This document shows positions 24,547 to 38,955 of a stretch of 64,000 bases of DNA, in pieces. A model generated the notes under the pieces. It was not told the origin of the DNA. It did no database searches and saw nothing but the letters and a program-made list of their open reading frames with translations. Source of the stretch: Phoronis australis (lineage: Eukaryota > Animalia > Phoronida). The stretch lies in the NCBI GenBank assembly GCA_002633005.1, contig NMRA01000154.1, positions 750,948 through 814,947 of the forward strand. The letters are read 5' to 3'. How positions within the stretch are numbered: the stretch's first letter is position 1; each line of letters starts with the position of its first letter. The position numbers were made by a program, and so were the translations under genes.

Positions 24547-27500
24547 GTAAGCTTTAGTGTTTATTTCTGCATACAGAGGGCGTATCTATTCTGTACGCTA
24601 CAGCTATGCACTGCATCGATATGGCGCTTTGCCCTAACTTAATGTTCTCCTATGTGCAACATGCCCTGAGTCCCAGGTCCAACTTGCTCCTGATTAGCTG
24701 AGTATATAGGTCCCTATGTGCAAGATGCCCCTAATCAGCCTAGTGTCCCCCAGTCCAACATGCCCTAATCAGCTGGCTTTCCACACAGATGTGCCTGTGG
24801 TTTTGGGTGTTAGGTTCATAGAAAGAACTGATTGCAATAAAATTGCTATCATGTGTAACTTGAGGTGCTGAGTGTTCTTATGAATATTAAGGTGCATTTG
24901 CTCCAGAAATATTAAAATGTTCTGGATCTTTTTCAACCATCTCATTCTAATAAAGTATGATTTTGCTTAGACTTAGTTTGAAAGGGAAGCACTTTATTTG
25001 TTAGAACAGCTTAACTTACACCTAAACAAATAAGGTAGTGAGCATTCAAATAATTCCGCCTCTCCGAGCTGTTGATCAAAATCACTTATGACTAATTTGT
25101 AAGCCAATCGGTGAATGCGCTTCTGCAGAGTGTATACGGTTAGCAAATTCTGTAACTGTATCTGACAGATTTGTAAAGAGGTCTTCAGAACCTGTCATTA
25201 AAAAGTCTCAATTTACAGCCACAGTTAAAAGTGACATGGTACCAAGGTAACCTGTGACTGACTGTTTGATTCCACTCATTCCACCCTAGGAACCAATAGA
25301 TTAACTCCTTTCCATCCCAATACAAGCCAGGCTCAATAGCTCAGTCTAAGAAGTTGGGTAAATATTGGGATAAACATTTAGGGGTTTAATCCATTTCCTA
25401 GAGTGTTACTCAAACAGGGAACACATTGTGCCTGGGCAGTCCATTCAATGTTTTATGCCAGCACTATTGATCATGAATGCATGGTTCTGTAATCAATTCT
25501 ATTGTTTACCCATGGTCGCCAGGGGCAACCACTGCATTTTGATTGCCTTGGTTTATATTGACTTAAAATATTGAATTTATAAATTATTGACCAAAATAGC
25601 AGGCATGTTGCGTTGCGAGGATGGCAATGTTGAAAATTGTTACAAAGTGCAAATCACTTAGAGACAGATTCCTAACTGATTCTTGGTAATATACTTGATG
25701 ATTTTCAACTGAGTTAGGAAACTGTAAGAAATGATCTCATGATTTTAAAAATTTATGTATGTTTTGGAATTTTTAAGATGCTGCGATTGTGTAGTAGGAA
25801 ATGAAAAATTCTGATTAAGTGAATTATTTTACTCTTCTTAGTGTGTTATGTATCCCTACTGGAAGCTGTCTTAGCATGTATATTGTCATGTTGAAGTGAA
25901 GATTTTTTGACCCGATAAGATTTCAGAACACAGTGGAAGAGCATGATACAAACATTGTAAATTTAATAGTCACCCAAGCTGTAGGCTTGACACGCTCACT
26001 GTAAATTTGATGCACCCAAAAATCACGATTTTTGAGAATGAATGCAATCGTTTGATTCTGAACATCTGGGCATTGCTTTCGTCCACATATTAATAAGATT
26101 CTCTGTAATAATCGAGGATTTTAAAATTACGGAGTTTTATGTGTGTACTATTATTAGGTAAAAAGTTATTGAAGGTAACTTGATCCTTGGTTACAGAGAT
26201 AGCCTATTACTTAAATATACTGTATCCTCGGCAACAACCAATGTGGATGTATTTTTATAAGTTCCTTTCCTTTTGACTTATACTGTTCACCGTATTATTG
26301 ACTGGTCCATTCAATCACATGATATCTAGATTTTGTTATTACTGCCTGCTTATGTAAATTGAGCTATTCACAATGGTCCTCAGTAATTCTGTTGTTTATT
26401 TTATCGAGGTGTTGGAATATACCTTTGAACACACCTATAGCCTATACATTTCTGTATTATTTGGCATGCTTTTGATAATATTTAGGTAAAGGAAATGACC
26501 AGCTCACAATATTTATGTAGACAAATCATGGTTTCAAGAATCTGCAGCTAAAATTATCCAGTTTTGATGTCAAAATATATTGGAATATGCAGGACAAGAG
26601 TATGAGGTTGTCAGTAATATTTATTAAATGGAATTGGCCACCATGTAGATTGTAAATTGCTCGACTGAGGACACGTTTTTTTAATTGACATGGTTAAAGA
26701 CTTCATACCAAAGGCAACTGTTTATGCAGGGGGTTCATTCAGTTGAGGATTTCTAAAATATTGGGCATCTAAAATGGGTTTCCCAATTCCTGAGGGCATC
26801 TGTGACCACTGACCCATCACTGCCTAAATTTTACATCACTGTCAAATTGTTATAATACTTGCTTAGTGAACTCAGGGCCTCCAAATGCTGAACAGGGTCC
26901 TCTAGCCCTATGACTTCAAAATTTGAGTTAGTATGTCCATTTGGACACCCTGGACACCAGGAATATGAAGGCTTGATTGTACTGGATAGTTTGGGTCTGC
27001 ATGAGCGCAAGTTAACGTCACAGTAAATAGTTGGATTTATCAGCGGAGCATCGTCGCTGCAATGCATCATCAAAGCCATCGAAAGGTGGCATAATATGAC
27101 CTTCAACGTTGTCACAAAAGTGATGTGTGTTGATAACTTCGATGGACACCAAAATTAAGTATTCCCGCTGTAGTGAGATATCAATTCTGTGCTGTGAATC
27201 CACCTGCTTATTGCAAACTGAAGTTAAAGATCTGAACTTCGATCCAAAAGCGAATTTAAGCATTCCCAGTGACCAACACTCCACTAAACACCAAAGTGAG
27301 ACATTAGGAGGAAAAGCCTTTAACATTCTAAAAAACGTGCAGCACAAGAGGTTATTGATTTACGTATTAAACTCAAAAGATATTAGTTACGTTCAAGTGA
27401 CCCTGAATACGGACTGATTTGTTTCAAATATAATTGATTTGTATTGTTGCAAAAACATAATTTCTTTCCAGTGGTGTAATAACTAAAAAGAGATATTTTT

Positions 27501-30500
27501 AATGATGTACTGGTCACTGGCTGGCAAAATGTGTCCATTTTGTTTGATAAAATTTTTTGGTTCAGAATCCATCAGAACGTATGAGTAGACAGAGCAAGCT
27601 TAAGTAAAACCCTGGATTGTTTGTTTTATATGATAAAAACAAAAGCTTTGCTGCTTGAATAACAGAAAATTGTGGGATTTCATGAAAGGGATTAAAGAAA
27701 CATTCTTTTCTTTACAGTGCCTAGCTCCTTTGTTAAAATTTGGGTTAAAACCAAATGTGTCACTTATTATTCAGAGTTAACCCAATTTTGCAATGACTTT
27801 CTTGAACAAAATGCTTTCTAAAATGCAAGAAACAAGCTCTATGTAAAAAATTTTTGCAGAAAGTCCGCCATAAGTTAAGGAGACATGTCCTTTGATAGAT
27901 TTTAGTAGCTTCAGTGTTCTCCACAACAAAAAATTCAAACTCATCTGGAATGACAAAATTCATTTGCACGTTCGAAATTCCATATCCCTTTGAGGGGAGT
28001 TTGTGTGCTACCGTAGGTCCAAAATGTCCTAATTTGCTTAAGAAATGACCAGTCTCTCAATACTTCAAACATGCTGCATAGCTTTTCAGATCGTCGCAAG
28101 TTACTCAAACTTGTTGTGGCAAAATTCATACTCTACGCAGGGACGAGACTATATGGGTTGTGGAGAACATTTGGCCCATGTGATCCAGCAAGATTCCACC
28201 TTCTTAATGTTGGTAGTGTAGAACCTTGAATATTGCTTACGATACGAGGAAAGTGATTAGAGATTTTCTTTTGAACTAAAACTATGAGTGCAGTTGCACA
28301 GCACTGGGACCTGTACTGTGTTTGAATTTGTCATGAGTGAAAAACAATGAAAAATAAGATCTTTAATGTACAAAACATTCTTGGGTGATCACAGAAATTG
28401 TAATCATATAGAAGATACGAAAGAAATAGATAGGGATTGTAAAAGGCTGTGTATTGTTACTTTCTCATACTTGCTAGGGATAACTTTTGAGTAAAAATAT
28501 ATTGAAAACCAGATAGCCCACCAAAGTCAGAATTATTTATTTTTGTGTTTTTTGATGCTCTTGGATCCTTTACTTCTGCAATTTAGGTAATTGGATACCT
28601 CCGCCTCCCAGGGTCACTCTTCTCTAAAATCCTTCAAAATACAACTTGTCATCCCATGAAGCATATTTATATTTTTATTTTTATAATTTATATTTATATA
28701 AATAGTAATATAGTTTATATTTTTCAAATCCTTGATACTTTGCACACTTGTAGTCACTTGATTGTGTCTTTTCTTTAAAAATGCGAAGTCCGGGGGGGGG
28801 GGTGACTGCCATATGCGTGGCAAATTTCACAAGAAACTTGAAAATTCTGTATCTATATCTATATTCTGTGAGGAACAATCTGTCGTCTGGAAAAGTTATC
28901 AAGACCTACTTAGACCAAAAACCCAGTTGTCAAATATTGAAACCACAATTTAGTTGATTTATTCGTTTTTTTCAATGCGTTATGTGTTCACATAATCCAG
29001 GGTTATTCACCTAATTCGTCTGTTCTTCTCTTGGGTAGTAGTAGCCTGTTTGGTTGTTTAGCGATGACGTGTCATGGCAGAAGACGACTCAATTTGGATA
29101 GGGAAGTTATTATAGACATGCGGTCATACTGGGTCCAAAACGTCATAATGGTGTCAAAATGAGGTCATGCTGAACATTCCTATATCATACAAAATTGGTA
29201 TTCCTGTGTTATGATTAGTTGAAAATTCCTACACCTGGTAACTGTAATTTATGTTAACTTCAGGGGGTGGTTATCTACTGCACTCAACTTATGCCATCGA
29301 TTTCGCTTGAAATGATTGTGTTAAGGAGTTAAAATGTTGTGCAATTTTTGAGATTTTTACTCATGATGAATTCAATTATATAATACTGTCCCTATACAGT
29401 CACTGCTATCCTTGCTCTAAAGTCAAAGCAAATAGTATAGTGGCTCTCTTTGCCTTGAGCTTGTTTTTACAAAAACATAATTAATGGAAAAGTCACGCCG
29501 TTTATTGTCACCACATGTTGCCCTGAGAGATGTTATATTCTATTACTGTTGCAAGATTATTAAAAAAATGTTGGTATAACAGCTGCTCTCAAGGGGGCAT
29601 TATTCAGACTTGTTTTTCCATTTTCTGTCATTGTTGGCCTGTTTATCTAATTTGACACCATGTGTACCCACACTATGGTAGACGCTACTTGTTCAAAATG
29701 TAAGCTTGTTTGCCCTGCGACCCGTAGTGAACATTGAGTCTACAGTTTTTTATTCGATTTCAAATGATTTTCTGTAGACTATACTGGAAATCAAATACTG
29801 TCCAAATACAGTTGAATGTTGTCTATAGTGACAAAGCCGTAGTGCATGTGTTCTTGTGACGTCTTTTCTCTCTGGTTTTTGTTGACTCTAGAAAAGCAGT
29901 CGACTCAATTGAGTACAAACTATTTAAAAAACAGTATAATAGTCGGACAGCTGATTCACCAAAACAAGTATTTGTCAAAATGTGAGTTTTTGTCATATCA
30001 TAAATGACCTGGCAACAACAGTAATTGTCGTCTTTAGATATCTGTATGTCTAAAATGTGTCCCTTGTGTGAAATCAGAACAGCATGAGAAGATTTACACA
30101 CCTGTTCATGGCACTCATTCAGGGTAACCTGATTTAATTAAGGGTCAAAATGGCCTTATTGTAGTACTGTAAGGTCTCTACTCTTCAGTTTAGGACACAA
30201 TATGGCCAAGAATTAAAATTTCATTCTCACTTTTTCGTAAAATGTAGCGTAGCATGAAATTGGGTACATCAGTTTTTGGCCATAAGCGGATCAAGAAACT
30301 GGCAATCATCGCACAAGTGAAAAAGTTCACATTGATTCCACGTTTTGTCTATTCATTAAAGGTCATCAGGTTATAAAGTGTCGATGTACCAGTCAAGTTA
30401 CATCCGTGAAGTGAAGTGAGTGTTGTAACAATGACAGGAAATAGTAAATAGGTCATCACCATACCACAGTGTATTCACAGTTCTTTACCATAGCTCCATC

Positions 30501-32319
30501 ATAAAATATTGTGAAAAATTACGGGCATTCACAGCAATGTTGAAATTTGAATTTCAAAAAAGGTGATTTTGGCAATTATTTTTGTTCAAAATTGGTGAAA
30601 ATTTATTGTATGGTAAAGCATTTTCATACATACTCACTGACAGAGTCGGAAATTCTATAGTTTTGTAGATATTTGGCTAAAAGCCCAGATTTGTTGACAA
30701 GGTCCTTTAACCTTGAAATATTTACACATGTCGTCTTACACTGACATCATTATTTTACAATGGGCGAGCGTAGTTTTATCGACGTACAAATTTTTCATCA
30801 ATCAATACCAATTAATAAGGCAAATAAAAGTTAAACTAATCTGTTGAATCATATTATTAAAGTAAGGTGTAGAAGAGTTATTTCTAACTCTGTTAAATCT
30901 TATTGTCCCTGCGACCCCTTTTCAGCTGAAAATGTGGTAAAAGTTTACCAATTTTGTATGTTTTCTATGTGTAGGTACAGTTCTTAATTTAGTGCATTGT
31001 TTAAATTCCCTCCCCTAATTTTCTGTCTATTGAATCATTGCTGCTTTGTTGCAATATGCTTGTACTTGTCTGGATAACTGCCTAAGACACTTGAATTTGA
31101 GAATTGAAAAATCAGGGAGTGAGCTTATAAACTTGAGCATGGGTGCTTCAGAACGAAGTTTGGGGCGTAGAGAGAGTGCTAACCCGAGCAGTCGATCAAG
31201 CTAACACCCAGGGAGTTAAATAAAACATCCACAGGTTGTAAACAATGAAGTACTGGGCTTACCATCTTCAATGAAATTATCTTGCACAGTGAATCAATTG
31301 CATGACTTAGCTTTGTACTCATCTCGTCCACAGTGCTTGTGAGAATAGTGTCCCTTCTCCAGCTAGGTTATTTTCATTCATTGTACAGTGCACGTGCTGA
31401 ATAATCGGACGATACCATTGAGAAATAGCGATGTTCGGTAGCAGTACTACGTATCAGAACATTCATAACTCAAGGAAAATATCTGTATCTCCTTCAGTAA
31501 CGAACAGGGGAGTGTGCCGGTATTTCTTTCCCAAATAGGGCAAGGTTCTGCTGAAAATTACTGTTCATTATTGAAAGGTAAGTAAGTTGTGTTCCTGTGC
31601 GGCAGAAATTTTTTTGGGGAGATGTTCATTCACAAGGAAACGAGGACAGGAACATTTAAGGGTCTGGAATGTTTTGTGAGTGGGTGCATGTGAGCTGAGT
31701 ATGGACGCTTAAAAGTGAAAATTTAGATATTTTGTTAGAATTTTCGGTATTAAAAGCTGAGCATGGGCATTTATCCGGATGAGTATGGCATTTTATCTCC
31801 GTGGTCTAACTTGAGAAATCATTAATTAATGTATCGAAATTAAAGTGAATATTTGAGACTGTTTGCATATTTGTTCTTCACATCCATCAATTGTGTACTG
31901 ATATGTGCACCAGGTAAACATGGGAGCTATAAGTCTATATAGATGTGTGAACTATTAATCCATATCTTTTTGTACCACTCTGACATGCAAGATGAGCCTC
32001 CCATCAATCCTGTTGTCTTTGTATGTATTTGAGTTTAGTGAGTATGCAAGATTTGTCACTGGCAGATTGAACTAACTTAAGACAAGTGAAAACAAATTTA
32101 GATAAGGCCAAACAGCAGAATTGGTTCAGCTCGACTCATTTGGTTACCTGCGCTTACTGAGTAAACTAAAAAATCAAAAACCGAAGTCTCCAGCTTCATG
32201 AAGGCACATAAGCAAAGGAAAGCAAGGTTTGAAACGACATGATTTGCCATGTAATGCATAAATTACTCGAGATGAAGCAGCTTTTCCACGTTTGCTGTCG
32301 CCAATGAGGAAATCTTTTT

Positions 32320-32530
32320 GAGCACTGTCCCTATTGGCCGCCAGCCCACTCCCCACCTGAAGATGCTTAGAGTTGAGCGCTGCTCCTGTGGCCACCAGCC
32401 CGCTCCCCACCTGAAGATGTTTAGAGTTGAGTACTGCCCCTGAGCCCGCTCCCATCTGAAGATGTTTAGAATTGAGCGCTGCCCCTATGGCCACCAGCCT
32501 GCTCCCCACCTGAAGATGTTTAGAGTTGAG
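32320..32530. repeat. 54-bp tandem repeat, ~4 units (one 45 bp)
   Basis: ctgaagatg.ttaga.ttgag recurs at 32357, 32411, 32456 and 32510. Confidence 0.85.
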
Positions 32531-34502
32531 TTACAAAACAAATACGGCATCATTTTGGCTGGTCTCAGCTGGATTTGCTGTTTTTGAAAACGGGAACAAC
32601 CGACTCGATTAAAAAAACAAAGCAGGTTAGAAACAACTGTACTTTGTTGACCTTACTTTAGTCTCTCAAGTAATGGCTGAAGATTGCTAACAGTGTAAAA
32701 GTGTCACCGACTCTTACCAGTTTAGACCCGAGATGGGCGCCTCATTGATCACTTTATGCTGTTAATCCGATCAGTATGAATAATAGACCACCATAAAGTG
32801 TCGTCGTGGGATTGATCACAGATTTTTTGACGTCAGTCAAAGCATTTCTTCATTGAAGCGGTTTCTGTTGAAGGGCTACAGCTGTCTGAGCCGGAATTTG
32901 CTCAATAATTAATTTCAGTCTTACACCAGGAAATCTTTGCAGATAATCAAGACATGCAAAGTAGGAAAAGTATGGCTGGTTAATGACTACTGCCCTTGAA
33001 TGTCTAGACATTTGAAAAAATGTTTCCATTTTGACCTGTTATTTGCCTCATGATGGTCGCACTATTTTTTGGAAAACAAATTTCAGCATCCAAAATTGAT
33101 TCATCTTTACTACTAGCGTTAAAGAAATATATTTGAATTTGCATGAAGAGATGTCACGTTTTCTAAAATGAGTTCATTTTTTTGCAACAAGTTTTAAAAG
33201 TATAAGATAGTATGCAGTAAATCTTCCACAGTTTTTTTGGTTGGGTGAAAGAAATTCATTAAATTTCCATGGTTTTGATCTCACAAAGTGATCATTTGTA
33301 GGGATAAGGTGGTATTTTATAGGTGATTTAATTGGAAAAGGGCACTATTTTCTTGCTCAGGAATTTTGTCCGAAAAGGCATCCTTAGTGAAACTGGTTGT
33401 GAAATCACTCTTCTGATCACTGAGCAGGATATCCTTCCGCTGCTTCTATGGTAGCACCACCCCCCCTCCCCCCGGGAGTTTATCCAACCAGCTAAAATAG
33501 TGCCGTTAACGTGTAGTTTGAAATCTCAAAAATATTTCAGGAATAAATACACTGGATTAATTCCCCCAACGGTCGGTCGTGTTCCTAAAGGATTCATGAA
33601 TACTGGCAAGTTGAGTAATCCCTATTGGTCGACTCTGACACCTACACACTTTGTATTAATCGAGCGAAATTTGTTAGAAATTTGTGCCTCAATGCAAAAA
33701 AATTCTCCTAGGAAAACTTGCTTGAAATATATATGGGCCTATTCTCACATGTTTTTACATGGGAATGGTATTTATGTTACAACACTGAAGTTAGTGGAAA
33801 TAGATATATAGTTGCAACACCACCACCTCAAAGGGATTTTAGAAGTCCATGAATAAAATTAATTTTCGCGGATCAAGTCTTTTATCATCAACTCCGTAAA
33901 AATTGCTAAAAATCTGTTCACTCAGTTAGGAACTCACAAATCTGTCAATTCACGACTAAATTCATTCAGTTTTTGTTCTCGTGAGATTTCCTACATCCAC
34001 CCTCATTTGTTTGCCATAGTACAGGAAATTTAACAGGTTTTTCTTTGAATACCTGCTGAAATTGGCTGTTGCCATGCAGAAAATTGTCATGCTTCAGGTA
34101 TCCACTAAGAGATAAAGGAAATTAATGTTCATAAGATGAACCAATTAGTGGTGCCCCTTGGCTAGCACTGATTAGCTAGGTATGATTATGAAATACTAGA
34201 ATATAAAGATTTTTAAATAACCTCTAGTGATCATTGGACATGTGCTCAATAATGTAATTTGTTTTATTTGCTAAACGCTGCGAAAGCAGATAAATTAACC
34301 ATTTGGGTATGTTTGTATATAATATTTTTGTATGCCCTCCTAAAAACATGTATTTCATTCAGCAGGCCTGATGTTGTTATCCACAGTCTACAGTTCTAAA
34401 GGAAATGGGAATATTCTCTAAGATGTTAACAAGTTCTGTCAAAAATTCTCCCTTTATCAACTACCGGTATAACAAATAGGAATAATCGGAAGAAAACTGT
34501 AA

Positions 34503-37500
34503 ATTACTAGTTGATCATTGGGCATATTGGAGTGTTGTAGCACCCTCTGTTGGCCTTTTTAGTTTTGACAAGATGTTGCTAATGTATTGTAGTTATTGCA
34601 AAATAATTTGACAGTTTTTGATAAAGAGGTGGGTACTGGATAGGAGGGTGTACTAACACCCTCGCACAGTATGATTATTTTTTGTGTTAAAGGTGTCTTG
34701 AGCGGCCTGCATCAGATTCTATGAATAAACAGCCGTCCAAAATGAAGTACCGGGGAATATTGTGTGTGTTGCAGACGTGGGCGCATTGCAAGGCCTTATT
34801 GCGTTCATATTGTCGTGGTCTTGAAGGTGGTGAATCTCATAGGTCGATGCACGTGGCAAATGTAAAATCCTTGACCACTCCGAGACAGTCAAGGCTTGAG
34901 CAGCCTCATACAAAACTTGAGAAACTCTGCCTGATAATTTTCCTAAATTAATTGGCTATCTCAGATGAATACAGAACTACCGCATGTCAGGGGTGATCTA
35001 TCTGTGAACCAATAGGTGATCTATCTGTGATCCAGTAGGTGATCTGTCTGTGTACCAATAGGTGATTAGTCTGTCAATCAATACCTGATGTGTCTGATAA
35101 TCAATTACTGATCTGTCTGACAATCCTTTGTGCTTGCCTCTGATTACATGTTACTGAGCATGTGTGGCTCATTGTGTATTCAATTATCGGAACCTTGGCC
35201 ACTTTGACCAGACATTGATAAATTACCAGTGATTATTGGAGGATTATCCTAGCTTCTTCTTGATGAAGATTAAAACTGAGTTTTGTTGACATTCCAGTGA
35301 TTCAATTTTAAACTATTCTAAGGCTTTTCATTTCTCCATTCAAGGATTCAAATTTATGGGAGGAAAATTGTAATCATGGCTTACTGTCGCCAACAAACTG
35401 GCTTGACCGAACAGCCAATTTCTGTATATAATTGATCAGTGTGCATCGTTAATGGAAAAGTGATTAGCCCCACTGCTCCATACATCAATTTGAAGTAAAT
35501 AATTTAGTATTGGGACAAAAACGAATCTAAAAGCCCTTTCATACTGACTTGTCTCCGGTCTGAGTGTAGTGTCAACGTAAACTGCGATGTTAACTAAACC
35601 ATTCATATTGTCTTTAGTAGCTAACTGACATCGAAGTGAATGGTAGGTGACGCTGTTGTTATTGAAGTAATCGGAAGGTAGCGCTGATGCATTGTGTGCT
35701 AAGATTTTTTGTAACGTGACAAGTTAGGAACATTTACATGTCCTAATTGACATAAAACTTATTTCTAATTCAGTTGGTGCCTATTCGAGCAAAATATAAG
35801 CAACTATTAGCGACGACACGTGCCCTTCAATTGTTGAAAATAAAGGTATTTTGAGGGGGACGCATATCCCATCGGTCGCTTTAATTGACAAAATGAAGGC
35901 TATATGTAAGAAATTTAAGTTATTTGTTTCGATCATTTTTTAATTCTAGGGAAATTTATTAAGGTCTTCTTGAAAAGGGGGAACGTGAAGTTAGTTTGTA
36001 AAATTGATACAAGGTTTCATTGAGGGACGGCTTTTCCAGTGGGTGCTGCTGAAAGTACACTGTTTAATTGTTATCCAAATGTTAAGCTTAGAATTTGGAA
36101 AATTTAGAAATTTTGGGGTTGCGCATTAATTATGGTGAGGTAAGGCTGCAAGACCACTGACAGCTGAAAGCTACAATGGCGGGGATACCTGCAATCTTAA
36201 CTGGTAGTTATTCTTGTGCGTACCTCATGGACTTTAAGTTTGTTCCGCAACAAGAGATCAGCTTTCGTTAAGACAGATCCAAGTAACCTATCGCAAGCTC
36301 CACCCCCTCCTTGCATAATGTCGACTAACAAACAATAACTTTTACCCGGCAACGTGTTGTTTGTCGGGTAAAATGGTGGCTTGGAAATAAAGGTGTGTCA
36401 AGAATGATGAGTTCTAAATGGTCAGTTAAGCCGTCACTCAAAATCCTGGTGATAGGTCAATTACAGCTATGCCCCTTTGTTGCGGTTTTGTCTTTGTATG
36501 TCTGCCTGCATGTGTACCTTCAAGTTTGTTGAAGAAACTTCACTAAATTTGCTCAATGTGCAGATAAAATTTGAATCTAATACTGAAAACAAAACTTAAT
36601 AAAGTTAGTGATGTTGCGTCCGTCTCTCACGGACNATTACTAGTTGATCATTGGGCATATTGGAGTGTTGTAGCACCCTCTGTTGGCCTTTTTAGTTTTG
36701 ACAAGATGTTGCTAATGCATTGTAGTTATTGCAAAATAATTTGACAGTTTTTGATAAAGAGGTGGGTACTGGATATTTTCAGCTAAATAATATTAAACAC
36801 CCTCGCACAGTATGATTATTTTTTGTGTTAAAGGGGCCCTGAGAGGCCTGCATCAGATTCTATGAATAAACAGACGTCTAAAATGAAGTACCGGGGTATA
36901 TTGTGTGTGTTGCAGACGTGGGCGCATTGCAAGGCCTTATTGCGTTCATATTGTCGTGGTCTTGAAGGTGGGGAATCTCATAGGTCGATGCACGTGGCAA
37001 ATGTAAAATCCTTGACCACTCCGAGACAGTTAGATCAAGGCTTGAGCAGCCTCATATAAAACTTGAGAAACTCTGCCTGATAATTTTCCTAAATTAATTG
37101 GCTATCTCAGATGAATACAGAACTACCGCATGTCAGGGGTGATCTATCTGTGAACCAATAGGTGATCTATCTGTGATCCAGTAGGTGGTCTATCTGTGAA
37201 CCAATAGGTGATCTATCTGTGTACCAATAGGTGATTAGTCTGTCAATCAATACCTGATGTGTCCGATAATCAATTACTGATCTGTCTGACAATCCTTTGT
37301 CCTTGCCTCTGATTACATGTTACTGAGCATGTGCGGTTCTTTGTGTATTTAATTATCCGAACCTTGGCCGCTTTGACCAGATATCGATAAATTACCAGTG
37401 ATTATTGGAGGATTATCCTAGGTTCTTCTTGATGAAGATTAAAACTTGACATTTCAGAGATTCAATTTTAAACTATTCTAAAGCTTGTGAAGATTAAAGA

Positions 37501-38290
37501 GGCTTTTCATTTCTCCATTCAAGGATTCAAATTTATGGGAGGAAAATTGTAATCATGGCTTACTTTCGCCAACAAACTGGCATGACCGAACAGCCAGTTT
37601 CTGTATATAATTGATCAGTGCGCATCATTAATGGAAAAGTGATTAGCCCCACTGCTCCATACATCAATTTGTAGTAAATAATTTAGTAATGGGACAAAAA
37701 CGAATCTAAAGGCCCTTTCATACTGACTTGTCCCCGGTCTGAGTGGAATGTCGACGTAAACTGCGATGTTAACTAAACCATTCATACTGGCTTTAGCAGC
37801 TAACGGACATCGAAGTAAATGATAGGTGACGCTGTTGTTATCGAAGTAATCGGAAGGTAGCGCTGATGCATTGTGTGCTAAGATTTTTTAATGTGACAAG
37901 TTAGGAACATTTACATGTCCTAATTGACATAAAACTTATTTCTAATTCAGTTGGTGCTTATTCGAGCAAAATATAAGCAACTATTAGCGACGACAGGTGC
38001 CCTTCAATTTGTGTTGTTTGTCGGGTAAAATGGCAGCTTGGATACAAAGGTGTGTCAAGAATGATGAGTTCTAAATGGTCAGTTAAGCCGTCACTCAAAA
38101 TCCTGGTGATAGGTCAATTACAGCTATGCCCCCTTGTTGCGGTTTTGTCTTTGTGTGTCTGCCTGCATGTGTACCTTCAAGTTTGTTGAAGAAACTTCAC
38201 TAAATTTGCTCAATGTGCAGATAAAATTGGAATCTAATACTGGAAACAAAACTTAATAAAGTTAGTGATGTTGCGTCCGTCTCTCACGGA
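34503..38290. other. Diverged tandem duplication across single N (36635), likely two haplotypes
   Basis: 34503-36634 vs 36636-38290: scattered SNPs, a VNTR unit difference and ~520 bp missing from copy 2. Confidence 0.8.
34992..35125. repeat. 23-bp minisatellite (ggtgatctatctgtgaaccaata), decaying 3'
   Basis: Direct reading. The duplicated copy at ~37138-37295 has one extra unit. Confidence 0.8.
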
Positions 38291-38845
38291 TTTCAGCCTG
38301 ACTATTATGTTATTATCATTCTGGCTAATAGGTGGTGTTTTAACCAGATGGCACGGCGTTCTTTTTGCTCAATGTGTTTCTTTAAAGAATATTAAGATGT
38401 CAGCATGACTCCGTTATGTTGTGCACTGAATAGTGGTGATATTAGCAGCTTGGTTCTATTTTTAGCATCCCACAAAATTCTATCTCTGAAACCAATTACA
38501 TTAGACTAATGTTCCAATTTTCCTATTTGCTAAAACCTGGATGCTGGCTTCTCCTTGAGCAAAAATCCAAATATGCTTAAAATTCCATGTTGTGCTTTTA
38601 AGTCTGAAATCTTTCCTCGGGAGCAAGTGCATGATTTTCAACTACGGAGCATTTTACAATCAATTTTACAATTTATGTTGTAAAGGAGAAAAATCTCAGT
38701 CTTTTGAAGTCACAACTTTCCTCCAGACATGCATGGCTCATTAGTTTTCCAAAACTTCATGTTTCGCAACTTTTCTATGGTGGTGCAGCACCACGTTTTT
38801 AGTGCACGTAGGGAGAAGACTGATGTGAATATAATCTGGTTTCAG

Positions 38846-38955
38846 GCCATGCCTCATGTGAAGATAATTAACCAGGATCACCATGGCAGTGTGGTTCATC
38901 ATCCTCATGGAAGGGAGCTGATCGCACTGGAGAATGAGAAGAAACTCAAGCACAG
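38846..38955 (+). CDS. SLC8A: NCX coding exon 2 (start of cytosolic loop: AMPHVKIINQDHHGSVVHHPHGRELIALENEKKLKH)
   Basis: ggtttcag| acceptor, CAG|gtaaat donor, 110 nt, phase 0->2, open in the frame set by the previous exon. Confidence 0.8.

Noticed and set aside
24547-24642. ORF-track extension of the first NCX exon (VSFSVYFC...)
   Set aside because: Read-through past the GAG|gtaagc donor into the intron.
31539-31577. 39-nt pseudo-exon with strong donor AAG|gtaagt
   Set aside because: It has an in-frame TGA in phase 0. It could be a poison exon, but nothing else supports it.
32174-32509. 111-aa repetitive ORF (GAALNSKHLQVGSG)
   Set aside because: Translation of the 54-bp tandem repeat, with no splice or domain support.
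34721-37059. Duplicated small ORF MNKQPSKMKYRGILC... appearing twice
   Set aside because: Explained by the N-flanking haplotype duplication. The two versions differ by a frameshift and show no recognisable domain.
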